This document shows positions 1 through 11,820 of a stretch of 64,000 nt of DNA, in pieces. Under the pieces are notes generated by a model. The model searched no databases. It was given only the letters and a program-made list of their open reading frames with translations, and was not told the DNA's origin. The stretch comes from Macrostomum lignano. Lineage: Eukaryota. How positions within the stretch are numbered: position 1 is the stretch's first letter; every line of letters begins with the position of its first letter. The DNA is taken from contig NIVC01000550.1 of NCBI GenBank assembly GCA_002269645.1, positions 1 through 64,000 on the forward strand, written 5' to 3'. A program made the translations under genes and the position numbers.

Positions 1-149
1 TTTCTCATTGGCTGACAATGAAATGTTGCTGTCTGTGGGGTGCATTCAAATGGAAGACTTACATGCACGAGTATTTATAACAGTTAAGGTGAAAAACAAT
101 TATTACATTTTTCTACAAAAATCTTCTAGAAAGGTATAAGAATTCTAAC

Positions 150-1277
150 TTGAATGGCTACTATATGAAGAAAGCTAGATCTGCTCTATTACAGTACTTC
201 GCAGTGTCTGAGGATAAGTTTAAGGCAAAGTGTAGTAGTTGTAGTGAGGTCCTGTCAAGAGGCACAAACCCGATTGAAAAAGTTAAACGAACAACAGCAA
301 TGAGCAAACATCTTAAAGCCAAGCACCGCAGAATTGGCTAAGAGAGTTCAAGATGGTGCGGCTGCTGATGAGGCAGCTTCCTTCTTCCCTGCCGCCAAGA
401 GGCAGCGCGTGGCAGCAGTATTTTCGCAGCAAACTATCGAAGCATGATGGAGCGCACGACAATGTGGGACATTAACAGCGACAGTGCCATCCAAGTCCTC
501 AACAAGATAGGTAAGAATCAAAGCTTCCTGTTTGTGCTTTTATTGATTCTTTTAATTCTCTTATCTTATCAAATGACCTCATTTAGATGTAGCTTTTTTA
601 GATAACTTACGAAGCTTCATCACATACAATCATATTTTCTTCCTACCAGGCAAAGCCATTGCTACCAATCATCTGCCATTCAGTGCTGTTGAGTGGCCCG
701 GCCTACGCTCGATCCTACCTAGCCGACGCGTATCCTCGCCTGCCACTGCCAAATCGCAAGTATATGGCGAAGTTGTCATGCCTCGCCTATACAACAAAGT
801 TCGGCAAGAAGTTCAATCACTTCTTGAGCAGGTGGTTACAGTCGGAGCAACAAGCGAATACCGAATACAGAATACAGTATTCGGTATATTCATTATTCGG
901 CAAGTTTGTTTCCGAATATTCGGGGCCCAGGCCAGTGGGCCCAGTGTTCAGGCCATTGCCACTTAGACAGTTTAGAGTCTAGACTAGACCCCTTAAGTCT
1001 AGGCCTAGTGACTAGCAGTGCTTGATGCAGTTGCTTGATAGTCCTACTGTCCTTTATTCTATAACTTCATTCTCAGGATGCAAAAATTCTCTCAAAACTG
1101 TTAGGCCTAAGTGCTAGGCTAACTGCAAGACGAAATATATTCACTTCTGCAAAGTGTAAATTTTAATCCCGTGTTTATCGGATCCAGGACCCCTAATCCC
1201 CGGATCCGAACACTAACAAAAAATCAGGATCCCGGGATCCCAGGATCTCGGATCCCGGGCCGGGATTGGGACCCCTA
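150..1277 (+). mobile_element. Degenerate hAT-family DNA transposon (BED zinc finger + N-terminal transposase fragments, GGGATCC-rich right end)
   Basis: ORF 150-341 is a BED finger (LQYF..KAKCSSC..TTAMSKHLKAKH). Frameshifted fragments at 650-830 read AIATNHLPFSAVEW..YLADAYPRLPLPNRKY..MPRLYNKVRQEVQSLL, typical of ZBED1/4-type hAT transposases. GGGATCC(C/G) subterminal repeats at 1180-1277 end in GGGATTGGGACCCCTA. Left end not seen. Confidence 0.7.
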
Positions 1278-2093
1278 ATAAAGCAGAAAACGGCGAAGCG
1301 CGATTGCGGCGAGCGAGAACCTTGCATGGATTCATAAAACTGTTCTGGAACTATAGCCTAAGCTTTAAACATGAGCTTACTTTAAAAGTTTCACAAAAAA
1401 GTCACCTTTTGTATGCTAAAAGGATAACATTGCAGCAGCTTACAGCCATTCTGTTTGTTCAGACTGGGTGCTGACCGTGCTGACCAATGACTATTTCAGC
1501 AAAAACGCCACTTCGGCCAAAGACCATTTCGGAGAAATGTACACTTTGTTGAATGATTTGTGACCACATCGGCGAAGCCTGTGGAATTTAACGAAACAAT
1601 AAATCGAATAAAGCAAATTTTTTAATGTAATACACGTGTATTCTGACAATATTGAATATTTTTAAAGCATACAATATTGTTTTACTAATGCGCATAATTT
1701 CGTGCGGTAAAGTCAGAAAAATACATCACACGACTTCACAAAAAGACATTCGGGCGTTCTTTATTATGTCTCCATTCGGTGTCTATCCCTCTCTCTATCT
1801 ATTGATGCATGTATCTATCACTCTATACATAAGGCGCTATGGCACGTAAATGTGGAAAGTTTTATCTTGCATATTCTGAGCCATTATAGATCGCCTCTGC
1901 TGCAATATCCGAAACATGGTAGAAACTAGAGACCTGATCTTAGTTTGTAGAGTGTCATTCATTCATAAAATACTACTGTAAATAGGATAATGCAAACACG
2001 CGCAGTAAAACTAAAACTTTGAATCATGACTCATATGTTACTACTGTACATGTATAACGAAAAATAGTGTGAATAATGTACATGTACGTCGAT

Positions 2094-2700
2094 TCAAGGG
2101 TCATGGAGATCACTGCAAAGCAACTCATCCATGACCATTTTCCAGAGAACGGGGTGAGGACCCCGCCCTGAGAGCCCCTTTTCTGGACAGGCGCCGTTAG
2201 AGAGCTGCCGTTCAGGTGGGCCACGACAGTGCGCGCGGTTCCGGAAGAACATGCGTCGATCCACCGGACAAGGTGGGGGTGCGTGGCCCTGGATTCCAGG
2301 GCTCTGCAAAAGGCCTCGAAAATGACATTGTCGTCGAAGGCCCCTCAATGTCCAAGAAAAGTGAGAAGGCAAAGCCGCTGCCAAGAACAGCCCTCTCCGG
2401 GAAGTCAATTCAATTCTTAAATGACATGAAGGGCACTCTCAGTAGACCTGCCCGCGCGGAAGGCGTGCTGGTTCTGCGAGAGTGAGAAGCGCCTCAGCTC
2501 GACCGAAAGTAGGCGCCAAAGCACCAGTCTTCGAGAAGCTTAAGTCAGAAAGAGGAGGCTGATAGGCCTGAAGGCCTTCACCGATTGGTAGTCGCTCTTT
2601 CCAGGCTTGTGGGGATGACCACCCGCGGCCTCTCTCCACGCAACGGTACAGCTCCACACAAGCTCGGAGGAGACGGGAAACTATACGTACGTTCTTAGCT
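2094..2700 (-). pseudogene. Inverted fragment of non-LTR retrotransposon reverse transcriptase core
   Basis: The minus strand gives frameshifted RT motifs: RLLRACVEL, KAFRPISL, QHAFRAGRSTESALH, FLDIEGAFD, SQGGVL, WKMVMDELL. Confidence 0.8.
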
Positions 2701-2899
2701 GACACTGTGAACGAGCTAACAAAATGTGTAACTGAAATGATAAGGTAGATTCATAAAACCAATTAGTCGAGCTGTGCCATGCATTTTTATGATTTTTTAG
2801 GTTTTGAAAATCCACGTGGGATGTAAAATTAACATAGAATTCTAATTTTCTGAACGAAAAGCTTTATGAATATAAATAGAGCTATAAGAAAGGCAAAAC

Positions 2900-5054
2900 G
2901 CTATATCACTTGGAGTCGGAACGTCAGGAACACCGATTGGGTCGCCTTTGGCTCGAAGCTGAACCGCGGCCTTCGGGATCTTGACCCCCCCCCCAGTGAC
3001 CTCTCTGACTGCCAGGTGGTGGATGATCTCGCCTCCTCCCTGGGAGGGGCGATCACCACTGCCTTTGAAGCAGCCTGCCCTCTAAAGCCCTACAAAGGCA
3101 AGAAGAAATCTGCTCCCTGGTGGAACCCAGAGCTCGGGGCCCTTCGGCGCCGATCAGCCAGGACCCTCCAAAGGCGAGCGCTCAAAACCAAAGACCCTTC
3201 TGATAGAGAGGCCTATACCCGTGCGATCCACGAGTTTAAGGGCCAAGTCAGAAGGGCCAAGACGGCCAAGTGGCGCCAATATTGCGAAGGGCTTAGCCGA
3301 TGATGTGACCGCGATATGCGCGGCCCCTCGGTTGATACCATCAGAGACCTTCTGCAGGGCTTTCTGGGACGAGCGGAGCGTTGGGCTAACCAATGTGGCC
3401 TTAGACTCTCAGAGTCGAAAACCACAGCGGTCATGTTTACCAACAAACTGCTCTGGACCATTAAGCCCCTCACCCTCTATGGAAAGAATATTTCCATGGA
3501 GAAGCAGGTCCGCTTTCTGGGCCTCACTCTGGACCACAGGCTTAACTAGACTCCGCACATTCAAGCTAAAGCCAAAAAAGCCCTGGCTGTCCTGGCTCAG
3601 ATCAGGCGCGCCGTGGGCACCACCTGGGGGCTCACCCCCAGGAAGCTGTGGTGGATTTACACTGCCATCATCCGCCCCTCGATCAGTTACGCCAGCCTCG
3701 TGTGAGCCTGCCGCATGACTATGGGCGCCCCACCCTCTACTCCTTTTGAAGGCATGAATACCTTCCTCTGTGCCCCTCCTCTGGATATTTATATCAAAGG
3801 AGAGGCGGCGAAGAGCACCCGGCGTCTTCTGGATGCTGGGGTGGCCTTCAAAAAAGTGCGGGCCTTTAAGAAGCGGTCGCTTATCCCGCACTCTGACCTC
3901 TGCCTCAAGGCTCTCGAGGAGTGTGGCGGGCTTAACATCCTCACGGACTCAATCCCAGCCACCCTTCTCCTCAGCCAAAGGTATAAGGTCACTATTCAGC
4001 CTCGACAAGAGGCGAGTGACAGCTGGAGCGATTCTGAAGTCTACTGTTACACTGACGGCTCTATGAGGCATGGTCTTTCAGGCTTCGGAGCTTGCGTCTT
4101 CTTCAAGGGAGAAGTGGTGTGGAGCTACTCCCAGCACACTGGGCTCAACTCCAGTGTTTTTCAGAGCGAGGTGCTTGCCATCAGCTCCTGCGCGGCAGAG
4201 CTGCGCCGAAGGCAGCTTAGCAGTCGGAAATTTATTTTTCACTCTGACAGCCAAGCAGCCCTTCGGGCCCTCTGCCGCAGCACCGCCAGCTCCAGGTCCG
4301 TCCTGGACTGCAACACCCAGCTCAACGGGCTTGCGCTAGGCAACCAGGTGGAGCTCAGATGGATCCCGGGCCACGCCGGCTTCCTCGGCAACGAGCGCGC
4401 TGACCTGCTGGCCAAGGCTGGCTCCGCCGGCGCGCTGCTGGGGCCGGGCCCGGGAGCCCCCATCCCCGCCTCGGTGATCAACTCCCGCGTTAAGCGCTGG
4501 ACTGACTCCGAGCATCTCCGCAGGTGGCACGACACCCGGAATTGTAGGCAATCTCGTGCGACCGTCCCCTGCCCCTCTCCTCTCCTGCGTAGAGCCCTCC
4601 TCAGGCTCAACCGCAGAGACCTCAGAGCAGTTAGCATGGCCCTCTCCGGGCATGGCTGCTTCTCTCGCCACGGCTTCCTCCAGGGCCAAGTACCCGAGGA
4701 GCGGTGCCCCTTCTGCCGCTCAGGCAGTGAGAACGCCGAGCACTTTATCTGCCACTGCCCGGTTTTCACCAGGGACAAGCTCACTCACCTCGGGCCAAAC
4801 CCGGTTCTCTCCGACGTTTGCAGGCCCGAGAGCATCCCGCTGCTCGCCCGGTACCTCAGGGACACGGGACGAGCTGAGCTCTTCCCCACAGCCGGTGAGG
4901 AGGACCGCGCTGCAGGCGAGACCGACGGGTCCCCCTGAGCGACATCACTTCGATGGAAGTCTTTGGTCGCCAGGGGCTAGCGGAATGGGCAGTCTCCTCC
5001 GCCTCCTCGCTGCATCCGCCGGACGCCCCCTGCAGCTAAGTCAAGTAAGTCAAG
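2900..5054 (+). mobile_element. 5'-truncated, internally deleted LINE (I-group, R1/LOA-like) with RT C-terminus and RNase H
   Basis: 2900-3296 is the EN-RT linker (RNTDW, APWWN, WRQYCE). From 3297: ADDVTAIC..GLRLSESKT..VRFLGLTLD. 3715-4938 carries RNase H (YCYTDGS, SVFQSEVLAI, FHSDSQAAL, LRWIPGHAGFLGNERADLLAK) and a C-terminal CPFC..ENAEHFICHC. In-frame stops near 3547 and 3703. The 3' end has an AAGTCAAGTAAGTCAAG tail. Confidence 0.85.
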
Positions 5055-5970
5055 AGAATAACGTCGTGTCTAAACGCACGAACTCGCACTTCCAGACCGC
5101 AAGTCTGGGAACAAATTCAAGTGCTCGCTTACCGTGGCAGTCTCTTATTGTTCGCCAGATTCTTCACTTAGTCTTCTTAGTATTTTCCCCGGGGTTCTCC
5201 TTGTCGATTCTGAAGTCGGCCGTGTACGAGAGCAACGTAACAATTCGATTCGTCGGCGTTAGTGTGTTCCTCGAGCTCGGAAATCAATATCGAAAATGCG
5301 CCCTCCCCAGAAAGGGCGTCTTAATTCTTCTAGAAATAACGGAATCTGAGTCGTGTGCCCCTATCTGTTACTATATAAGGTATCAAAGTCAATCAGAAGT
5401 CAATAATCGGAGTATCACGGAACCGGTTCAAAAGAATCCTATTCAATCCCTTAGGTCGAACTAGTAAGGCCTTTCAAAATTCAATAGAAACCGTTCGACC
5501 AACGACCATCGATAATAATTCAGCTCTCAATAATCAAAGAACAACTGACATCTCAGAAGGCTTACCAAACGGTACGGATTTTTCTCTCAGAGATTAAGAC
5601 TGATTCCGGTTTAGTTTGATGGGGTGAAGAGGTTAAATAAATTTGACCCTTTTGACAGTTTAATAGAATTTTTGTAAATACAATAGGGGATGAAGGACAC
5701 TGTTTACCTTATTTGGGGTCATGATTCATTGTCTACGCTATAAAGGGTAATATCATGGCTATCTCTTGCGTTAAAAAGTAACATGATTCAAAGTTTTATA
5801 GTTTTACTTCGCGTGTTTGGATTACTCTACTTATAGTAGCATGTTGTGAATGAATGAAAGTCTACACTATTTAGGGGCGTCTTGAGGCGTCCGATACTCA
5901 GTAATAATTTTGGTTGGAACTCTGCGCAGGAAGGCCAGGACAGGTCGGCTCAGGCTCGGCCTACATGTAG

Positions 5971-6230
5971 GCTCAGGATTTGGAGGCAGCAACGGCCAGC
6001 CGGGCTCCAATGATCCAAGCGGCACTTTCAGCACCACCAACCATGGCGGCTGCGGCGCTGGCTGGCTCGGCAGGCCCGTCAACCCGAGGCGCAGCTCCAA
6101 CGATGGCGAGTGAGGCGGCGGTCCGGCCGAAGGCTTCGTCGGTGGCAGCGCCGGTGGTGGCAGCGCCTGCCACGGCGGCTTCGGAGGAGGCGGAGGCGGC
6201 TGCGGTGGCTCCTTCTGCTTGGGCGGCTGC
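5971..6230 (+). pseudogene. Orphan exon resembling an ALK/LTK-type glycine-rich domain, with one in-frame stop
   Basis: Reads GSGFGGSNGQPG..HGGCGAGWLGRPVNPRRSSNDGE*GGGPAEGFVGGSAGGGSACHGGFGGGGGGC. Possible TAG acceptor at 5968-5970 and GTAAGT donor at 6231. The family assignment is by motif recall only. Confidence 0.45.
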
Positions 6231-6704
6231 GTAAGTCTCCGGAAACGTCTCGACTAGAGACTGGGGCTTCGCGTCCATCCGGTTGGAGTCCACATCCGGT
6301 AGCTGCGTCTTCCTAAGCTACAGTAGGTAGCTGACAGAGCACAGAGTCAGGGGTGAGGCGCGTTGGTAAGAGCTGAAACCAAGGCAGTCTGTTGCGCAAG
6401 AGCTGCGAACCGACTTAAAAAGCCAAAAACCTAGATTTATACTTTTATCTGTTTAATTAGGGAACCTTATTGATTTCTCTATAGCAATAACAGTTTTTAT
6501 AATTAAAAAAATCTCGTTTTATATTGTATTGGTCGAATGAAAATGCGACCTACACTTTGTCAGGGGTGTTGACATGGATTTTACGCTGGTACATTATGTT
6601 GGGAGGGGGTTGGAAGCCAAGATCGAATTCTACGTGTACATGTACATAACTAAATTTCTACAAGCGCAATATTTTCAGAATCGGTCCTGTCATTTCAGAG
6701 CAGG

Positions 6705-7072
6705 CGCCGCAGCTGCACTCATTTTAGCACCGCAGCAGGCTCTCATTTTAGCACCGCAGCAGGCTCTCATTTTAGCACCGCAGCAGGCTCTCATTTTAGC
6801 ACCGCAGCAGGCTCTCATTTTAGCACCGCAGGCACTCATTTTGGCGCCGTAGGCACTCATTTTAGCGCCGTAGCAGGCACTCATTTTAGCGCCGTAGCAG
6901 GCACTCATTTTAGCGCCGTAGCAGGCACTCATTTTAGCGCCATAGCAGGCACTCATTTTACCACCGCAGCAGGCTCTCATTTTAGCGCCACAGGTACTCA
7001 TTTTGGCGCCGTAGCAGGCACTCATTTTGGCGCCGCAGGCACTCACTTTAGCGCCACAGGCACTCATTTTCA
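6705..7072. repeat. 24-bp minisatellite (CATTTTAGCACCGCAGCAGGCTCT and variants)
   Basis: Directly visible tandem array. Confidence 0.95.
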
Positions 7073-7129
7073 TAACGGGTCACAAGGTTGGGTGGTGGGG
7101 GAAACAAGTATTGGCATGTCCGCGGGGGG

Positions 7130-7385
7130 GCTTGCTTTCTTGGAAATATTTTCTATTTAGGGGGAATGTCTGTTATCTTTTTGAAAGCTATATTTTGTTG
7201 TCTGTTTATAGATTTTAGAAAAAAAGAGATTCATATAGCATATATCATTGTCCGTGACAATTTTACTTGAATAAGGTGATTTTTAAAAGTGAAGAAAGAA
7301 TTGGTTTAAGAAAATGTGTTTTTAATATTTTTTTTCCATTAACTAAATTTTGCTCCTTGCTTATTGGGCGCCCCGAAGGGCGACC
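7130..7385 (+). repeat. Partial copy of dispersed repeat family X (uninterrupted empty site for the piggyBac insertion)
   Basis: Its reverse complement matches 19628-19707 and continues without a gap into 24452-24630. The junction TTAA is at 7306-7309. Confidence 0.8.
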
Positions 7386-8226
7386 TACATGTATACTAAC
7401 GCTCGAAGTAGTCTGTGTGAACCGGTTAGTGGCGAGCAAAGCCACTACATGTAGGACAACTATAGCCAGGAGTAAGATAAGAGCAATAAGATACGAGCAA
7501 CTGTAATTCGCCATCACTTCATTCGCTGGCCACACTACAGCAGTGGACTTTACTAAAAGTGCGCTAGACACCTACTAAAGGCACAGAGTCTACAGTATTG
7601 GCGCACTTGTATGTGTCCAGGAGTCAAACGGAATGGGTAGGAATCGCCGTCAGCGCTGGTTGTGCCCGGATGAAAATAAACAAATTTACAAGGATGTAAC
7701 GTCTTTGAAAATGTACTCCTATCCATATAAAACCCAACGGGATGCAGTGCTCTATTAGCAGTTAGTAGCTTTGAATTGTTATAATTTCGCAAATGCGTTT
7801 TAAATTTGCTTAAAAACGACAAAACTTGTGTATAACCAATTTTCACGGTGAACTTACAAATTTAAACGAGGCCATCCTTGCAGAGCTTGTTGAAGCTTTT
7901 TTCTAGAAAAATAGTTTATTTTTAGTTACTCTTCACTGAACCGAAGTAAATATGCAGTGTCAAAAATAATAAAATGTGAAACCATTTGCCTTTAAATGTA
8001 GCTTTAAGTGTTATAGAAAACAAACAAAACAAAAATTAACAATAATTGCTATAGTTTCAATATACTAGTTTAATAATAAATGTTTCTTTTTAGTTGTGCT
8101 GAGAAGTATTCGATGAGACAGACATCCATTACACATAGTACGCACCAATTTGCGATTAAAAACATTGATTAAATAAACACAATACTTGAACCAATATTGG
8201 GCAATGTTAATAACATACTTTAAATA

Positions 8227-9289
8227 TAGCTTTTTGCAGCCCATTTAAGCTTACGCGCATTGACTGTAATCCAAGACACGTTTGCCAACCAATGTCACGG
8301 AGCTTTTGTCTATGGTAGAAAGGCTGGCACAGCGGCATTTAATTTGGTCCAACAAGCATCATAGCTTGGTACATAGCTTCTTTTGAAATTGCTGCGGAGA
8401 GGAACAAGATCTGCCCCAGAATTGTTAACCATATGCAAGGCTGTCGAACGAATGCCATTGGCTTATAATCGAAGCACTCCACAGAGGTGAACAGCCAAAG
8501 GACATTGCAAGGTTGCTAAATCATCCATCAGCGCGTTGAAACCACGCTGCCTCAAGGGGGGCATTGAAACCACGTTGAACAGAAAAAATCTTTATAAAAT
8601 CCGTCGAAGCAACATGTTTTGTAAGTTGTATCAAAAGAAGAGCTTTGTATCTGCTTCCAATAAAACGTTGTCACCATTTTAAAGTAAAAAGTGAAAAGTT
8701 CCTATCTCGCTAGAGCATTTTTTCGTGAAAATCAGCCTTTAATAAATTTTCCAAGAAACGAAGTGTCCCGTCCTTCTTCTAGTGGTCCTTGGTTGAAACT
8801 CTGCCGGCAGAGATTGCCTGCGAAAGGATGGCAACCGCCTAGGCAAGTTGACTCAAGGTCCTCAAAAAATTACGAACAATTTATGACACACTTCTTACAA
8901 AACGAATGTACGGTACAACACGAAAGTTCTTATAAAAATGCATTTTTAATCATTGATACAAGTTGCATAGCAGGGGGTGACCATCTGCCCTCCCTTCCTA
9001 GGGTCTTTTCGAGGGTCGTGGGGATGATGGGGTGGTCACCCCCTTGAGGCAGTGACCTGTGGTCACCCGGGGGCAGCCCCCCCTGCGCCGCCGCTGGGTA
9101 CACAACCTGCAGACAGTTGCGAGAAGGCAATAATTTGTCGAATGGCTCACGAGCGTTTGGACCAAATTAAATGCCGCTGTGCCAGCCTTGCTACCATAGA
9201 CAAAAGTTCCGTTGCATTGGCAAACTTATCCTAGATTAAGTTCAATGCGCCTAAACCCCAATAGGCTGCAAAAAGCTATGCTGGAAATA
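8227..9289. mobile_element. Relic DNA transposon bounded by diverged ~130-bp inverted repeats
   Basis: The reverse complement of 8227-8362 aligns with 9157-9289 (GGACCAAATTAAATGCCGCTGTGCCAGCCTT..CTACCATAGACAAAAG..GGCTGCAAAAAGCTAT). Inside is an HTH-like fragment LIIEALHRGEQPKDIARLLNHP (~8462-8527). Confidence 0.6.
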
Positions 9290-9899
9290 GCTTTCTAAGC
9301 CATAGAATTTTTGTTTTTTTGAGGTTCCACTTAAGACTACGCGTGCTGAAAGGCTGGGCGGCCCGCACTCTCAGAATGTCTATGGCCAAAATTACTATAG
9401 GCTCAGTACAAAGTCAAGCCAGCTAGCAAGAAATGCGACTGGACCTATGATAAATCCTCACTGGACACTACCAAAGTTTGTATAGAATGTTATTACGGAC
9501 GAAAGTGGAAACACATTGTTTAATCTATCTTATCACATTATTTCGTCTATGGCACAAGTTTTTAATTATATTAGAGTACAAAGCTATTGCTCAGAGATTT
9601 ATTGATTTCTAATTACATGTAGTAGGACAGGGGGGAGAGTTCCACATGACCTATAAATTTCACATCGCCTCAATGTTTCAAGCATCCAATTTCATAGCAC
9701 TCCACTTATATCTTTTGTAGGCGCTATATTACTTTCATTTACCTTCATCAATGGCACTACTAGAATCGAGACAAATTCATAATTCATTTAATAATTATTA
9801 TTAATAGGTTGAGTATTCAATTTAAGACACGACCAGTCATATTCAACCCATGCTTCTACAATTGTCTGGAGACCGAGTTGGATGACGTCATCCCATCAT

Positions 9900-10080
9900 C
9901 CAACCTCTACAATCTTCAAACAGTCTCATCATCCAGCCTACTCAGATTGTCTGGGGACTGTGTATAGGGAGCGCGTTGAATCCAAAATTTACTCAGCAAC
10001 ATTGAAAAGTCGCCACCCTTTACCCAGTGAGCAGTGTCTTTCGACTAGCGTCTATCAACTGCCCAACCATTTTGATATAA
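9900..10080 (+). mobile_element. Possible degenerate 3' fragment of a CR1/Rex1-type LINE
   Basis: TVYRERVESKIYSATLKSRHPLP resembles the C-terminal Y.ER..KK..I..D.SHPL motif. Short and decayed. Confidence 0.3.
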
Positions 10081-11440
10081 AAAAATTCTTTAAAAAACAA
10101 TACAAAACCCGGCGGAAGCTTCAATCCGTCCAATCTTTGCCCTCCGCTTTTCCAAATCTCTTCTCGCCCAGCCCAACTCTGCGTTAGCTCTGACCCCCAG
10201 CTTAAACCCTCTAACCGCGCCTTTCCACAATACCCCCACCCCACCCCATTTTATTGCTTTTCAGCCTATAGCTGCCCATGTACATTTTCGCTGAACCATT
10301 TACATGTAGCAAGTTGTTTACGCCTGCAAGAGCTTGTTTCTAAACTTAAACGTTAGATTTCTGCTTAGTCTCAGTACTTGACTATATGCTTTCTAGTTTT
10401 TGGGTCTTTAAATATGAAAAATATTGAACTTGTCTAAAATCTAGTTTGGTGCCATTTATAAAGGTATTAACAAACCGAAGCAAATTTGATTGAGGCTACA
10501 GATTCTACAATAACTAGATGGGCCTCTCAGGCATACTTAGTAAAGCAGCTTTCTACTTCCAGTTCAGTAGCAAAGAAGAATACATAAGCTATTTTTTTTA
10601 AATAAAGGCAGCTGAAATCACTTTGATAAGTTTAACAGCCAAGCTTGCAGGCGTAAACAACTTGCTAATTGGTTTAGCAATGCCAATAATGTACATTATA
10701 GCCAGTCCACTGAAATGTACGTGGCAGCTCAAGGCTAGAATTCCAAGAATGGCAATAAAAATTGGGGCGGGGGGTTTAGGCTGGGGGTAAGAGCCAATAA
10801 ATAAATGAACTTTGGCTTTCAAAATACAATAAATGCCCTCTATTTAACTTACTACTTAACTGAAAGTAGTTAACACGCAAATGTGCTGAGTGGCCAATAT
10901 TATAGTTATTCTAGTATCTGTGATTGTCGCTTATTCGAAAGAAACAAAAACTCTAATTCCAACGTTTCTTTGCTTGCTTTTTCTACGTTAAACTTAAATT
11001 TTAATAGCTTAGCAGTACGAGTAGTCACCATAGCAACAAAAAAAGACATGCAAGTGAAAACAATAGCAAATAATTATTTACTGTGTAATTTAACGGGAAG
11101 CCATTTGAAAAAAAAAATTGATAATAACAGAAATGAGACAAGGAAGCCAAAAAATAAGAGTGAAAAATAAAGTACACGTATATTTATTTGCAAATAATAC
11201 TACACTCTAGTCTCTGATCGCGCGTCAGAAAAACTCAATTATTGCTCAAAATGAGTAAGTGCCTTTATTAACAGCCGAGAGCTTACTCAAAAAGCGCAGT
11301 AAAGTCTTCTTTTTTTCTACTAAAGGTAGTCGAATTTTGATTAATTATATTATTAAAAAGGAGTAGGCAAGATTAGTTTTAATTAGAGACTGCCATAGCC
11401 TTTCTATCTATCTGCCATAGACACCAGAAGAACAGACAAA

Positions 11441-11633
11441 GGGCCGTATGCAGAAAGCCTAGTCCAGACTAGCTAGTCCGGACTTGGGTAGTTCAGTCTA
11501 TAGTCTATGGTCTAGCTAGCCTAGTTCTGCTATAGTAGACTGGTCTAACTTTGTGTTTCTGCATACCAAATCCAAGTCGAGACTAGCTTTTCAAGACCGG
11601 ACTACCCTAGACAGAGCTTTCTGCATACGGCCC
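11441..11633. mobile_element. 193-bp MITE, PIF/Harbinger-like
   Basis: Perfect 18-bp TIR GGGCCGTATGCAGAAAGC / GCTTTCTGCATACGGCCC. No clean TSD (flanks AAA / AAT). Confidence 0.8.
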
Positions 11634-11820
11634 AATATACAGATATTGGAAGCCCCGATCTATTTACCATCGGCACAAAAACTTTTTCTGTAGATTACTG
11701 GTACTGCTGGGGTAACCACTTGATTAACCATTTATCAGGTTATCTGACAAAAGCAATAAATTAGTAGTATCCAAAAAACAATGAAAACTATTAGTTACGG
11801 GCTCCGACAGTGCATGCCTG

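Noticed and set aside
4556-5464. 302-aa ORF overlapping the LINE end
   Set aside because: Alternate frame of GC-rich LINE sequence running into unrelated flank; no recognisable domain.
5973-6293. Ala-rich minus-strand ORF
   Set aside because: Likely the antisense shadow of the Gly-rich plus-strand frame, which has better motifs and splice signals.
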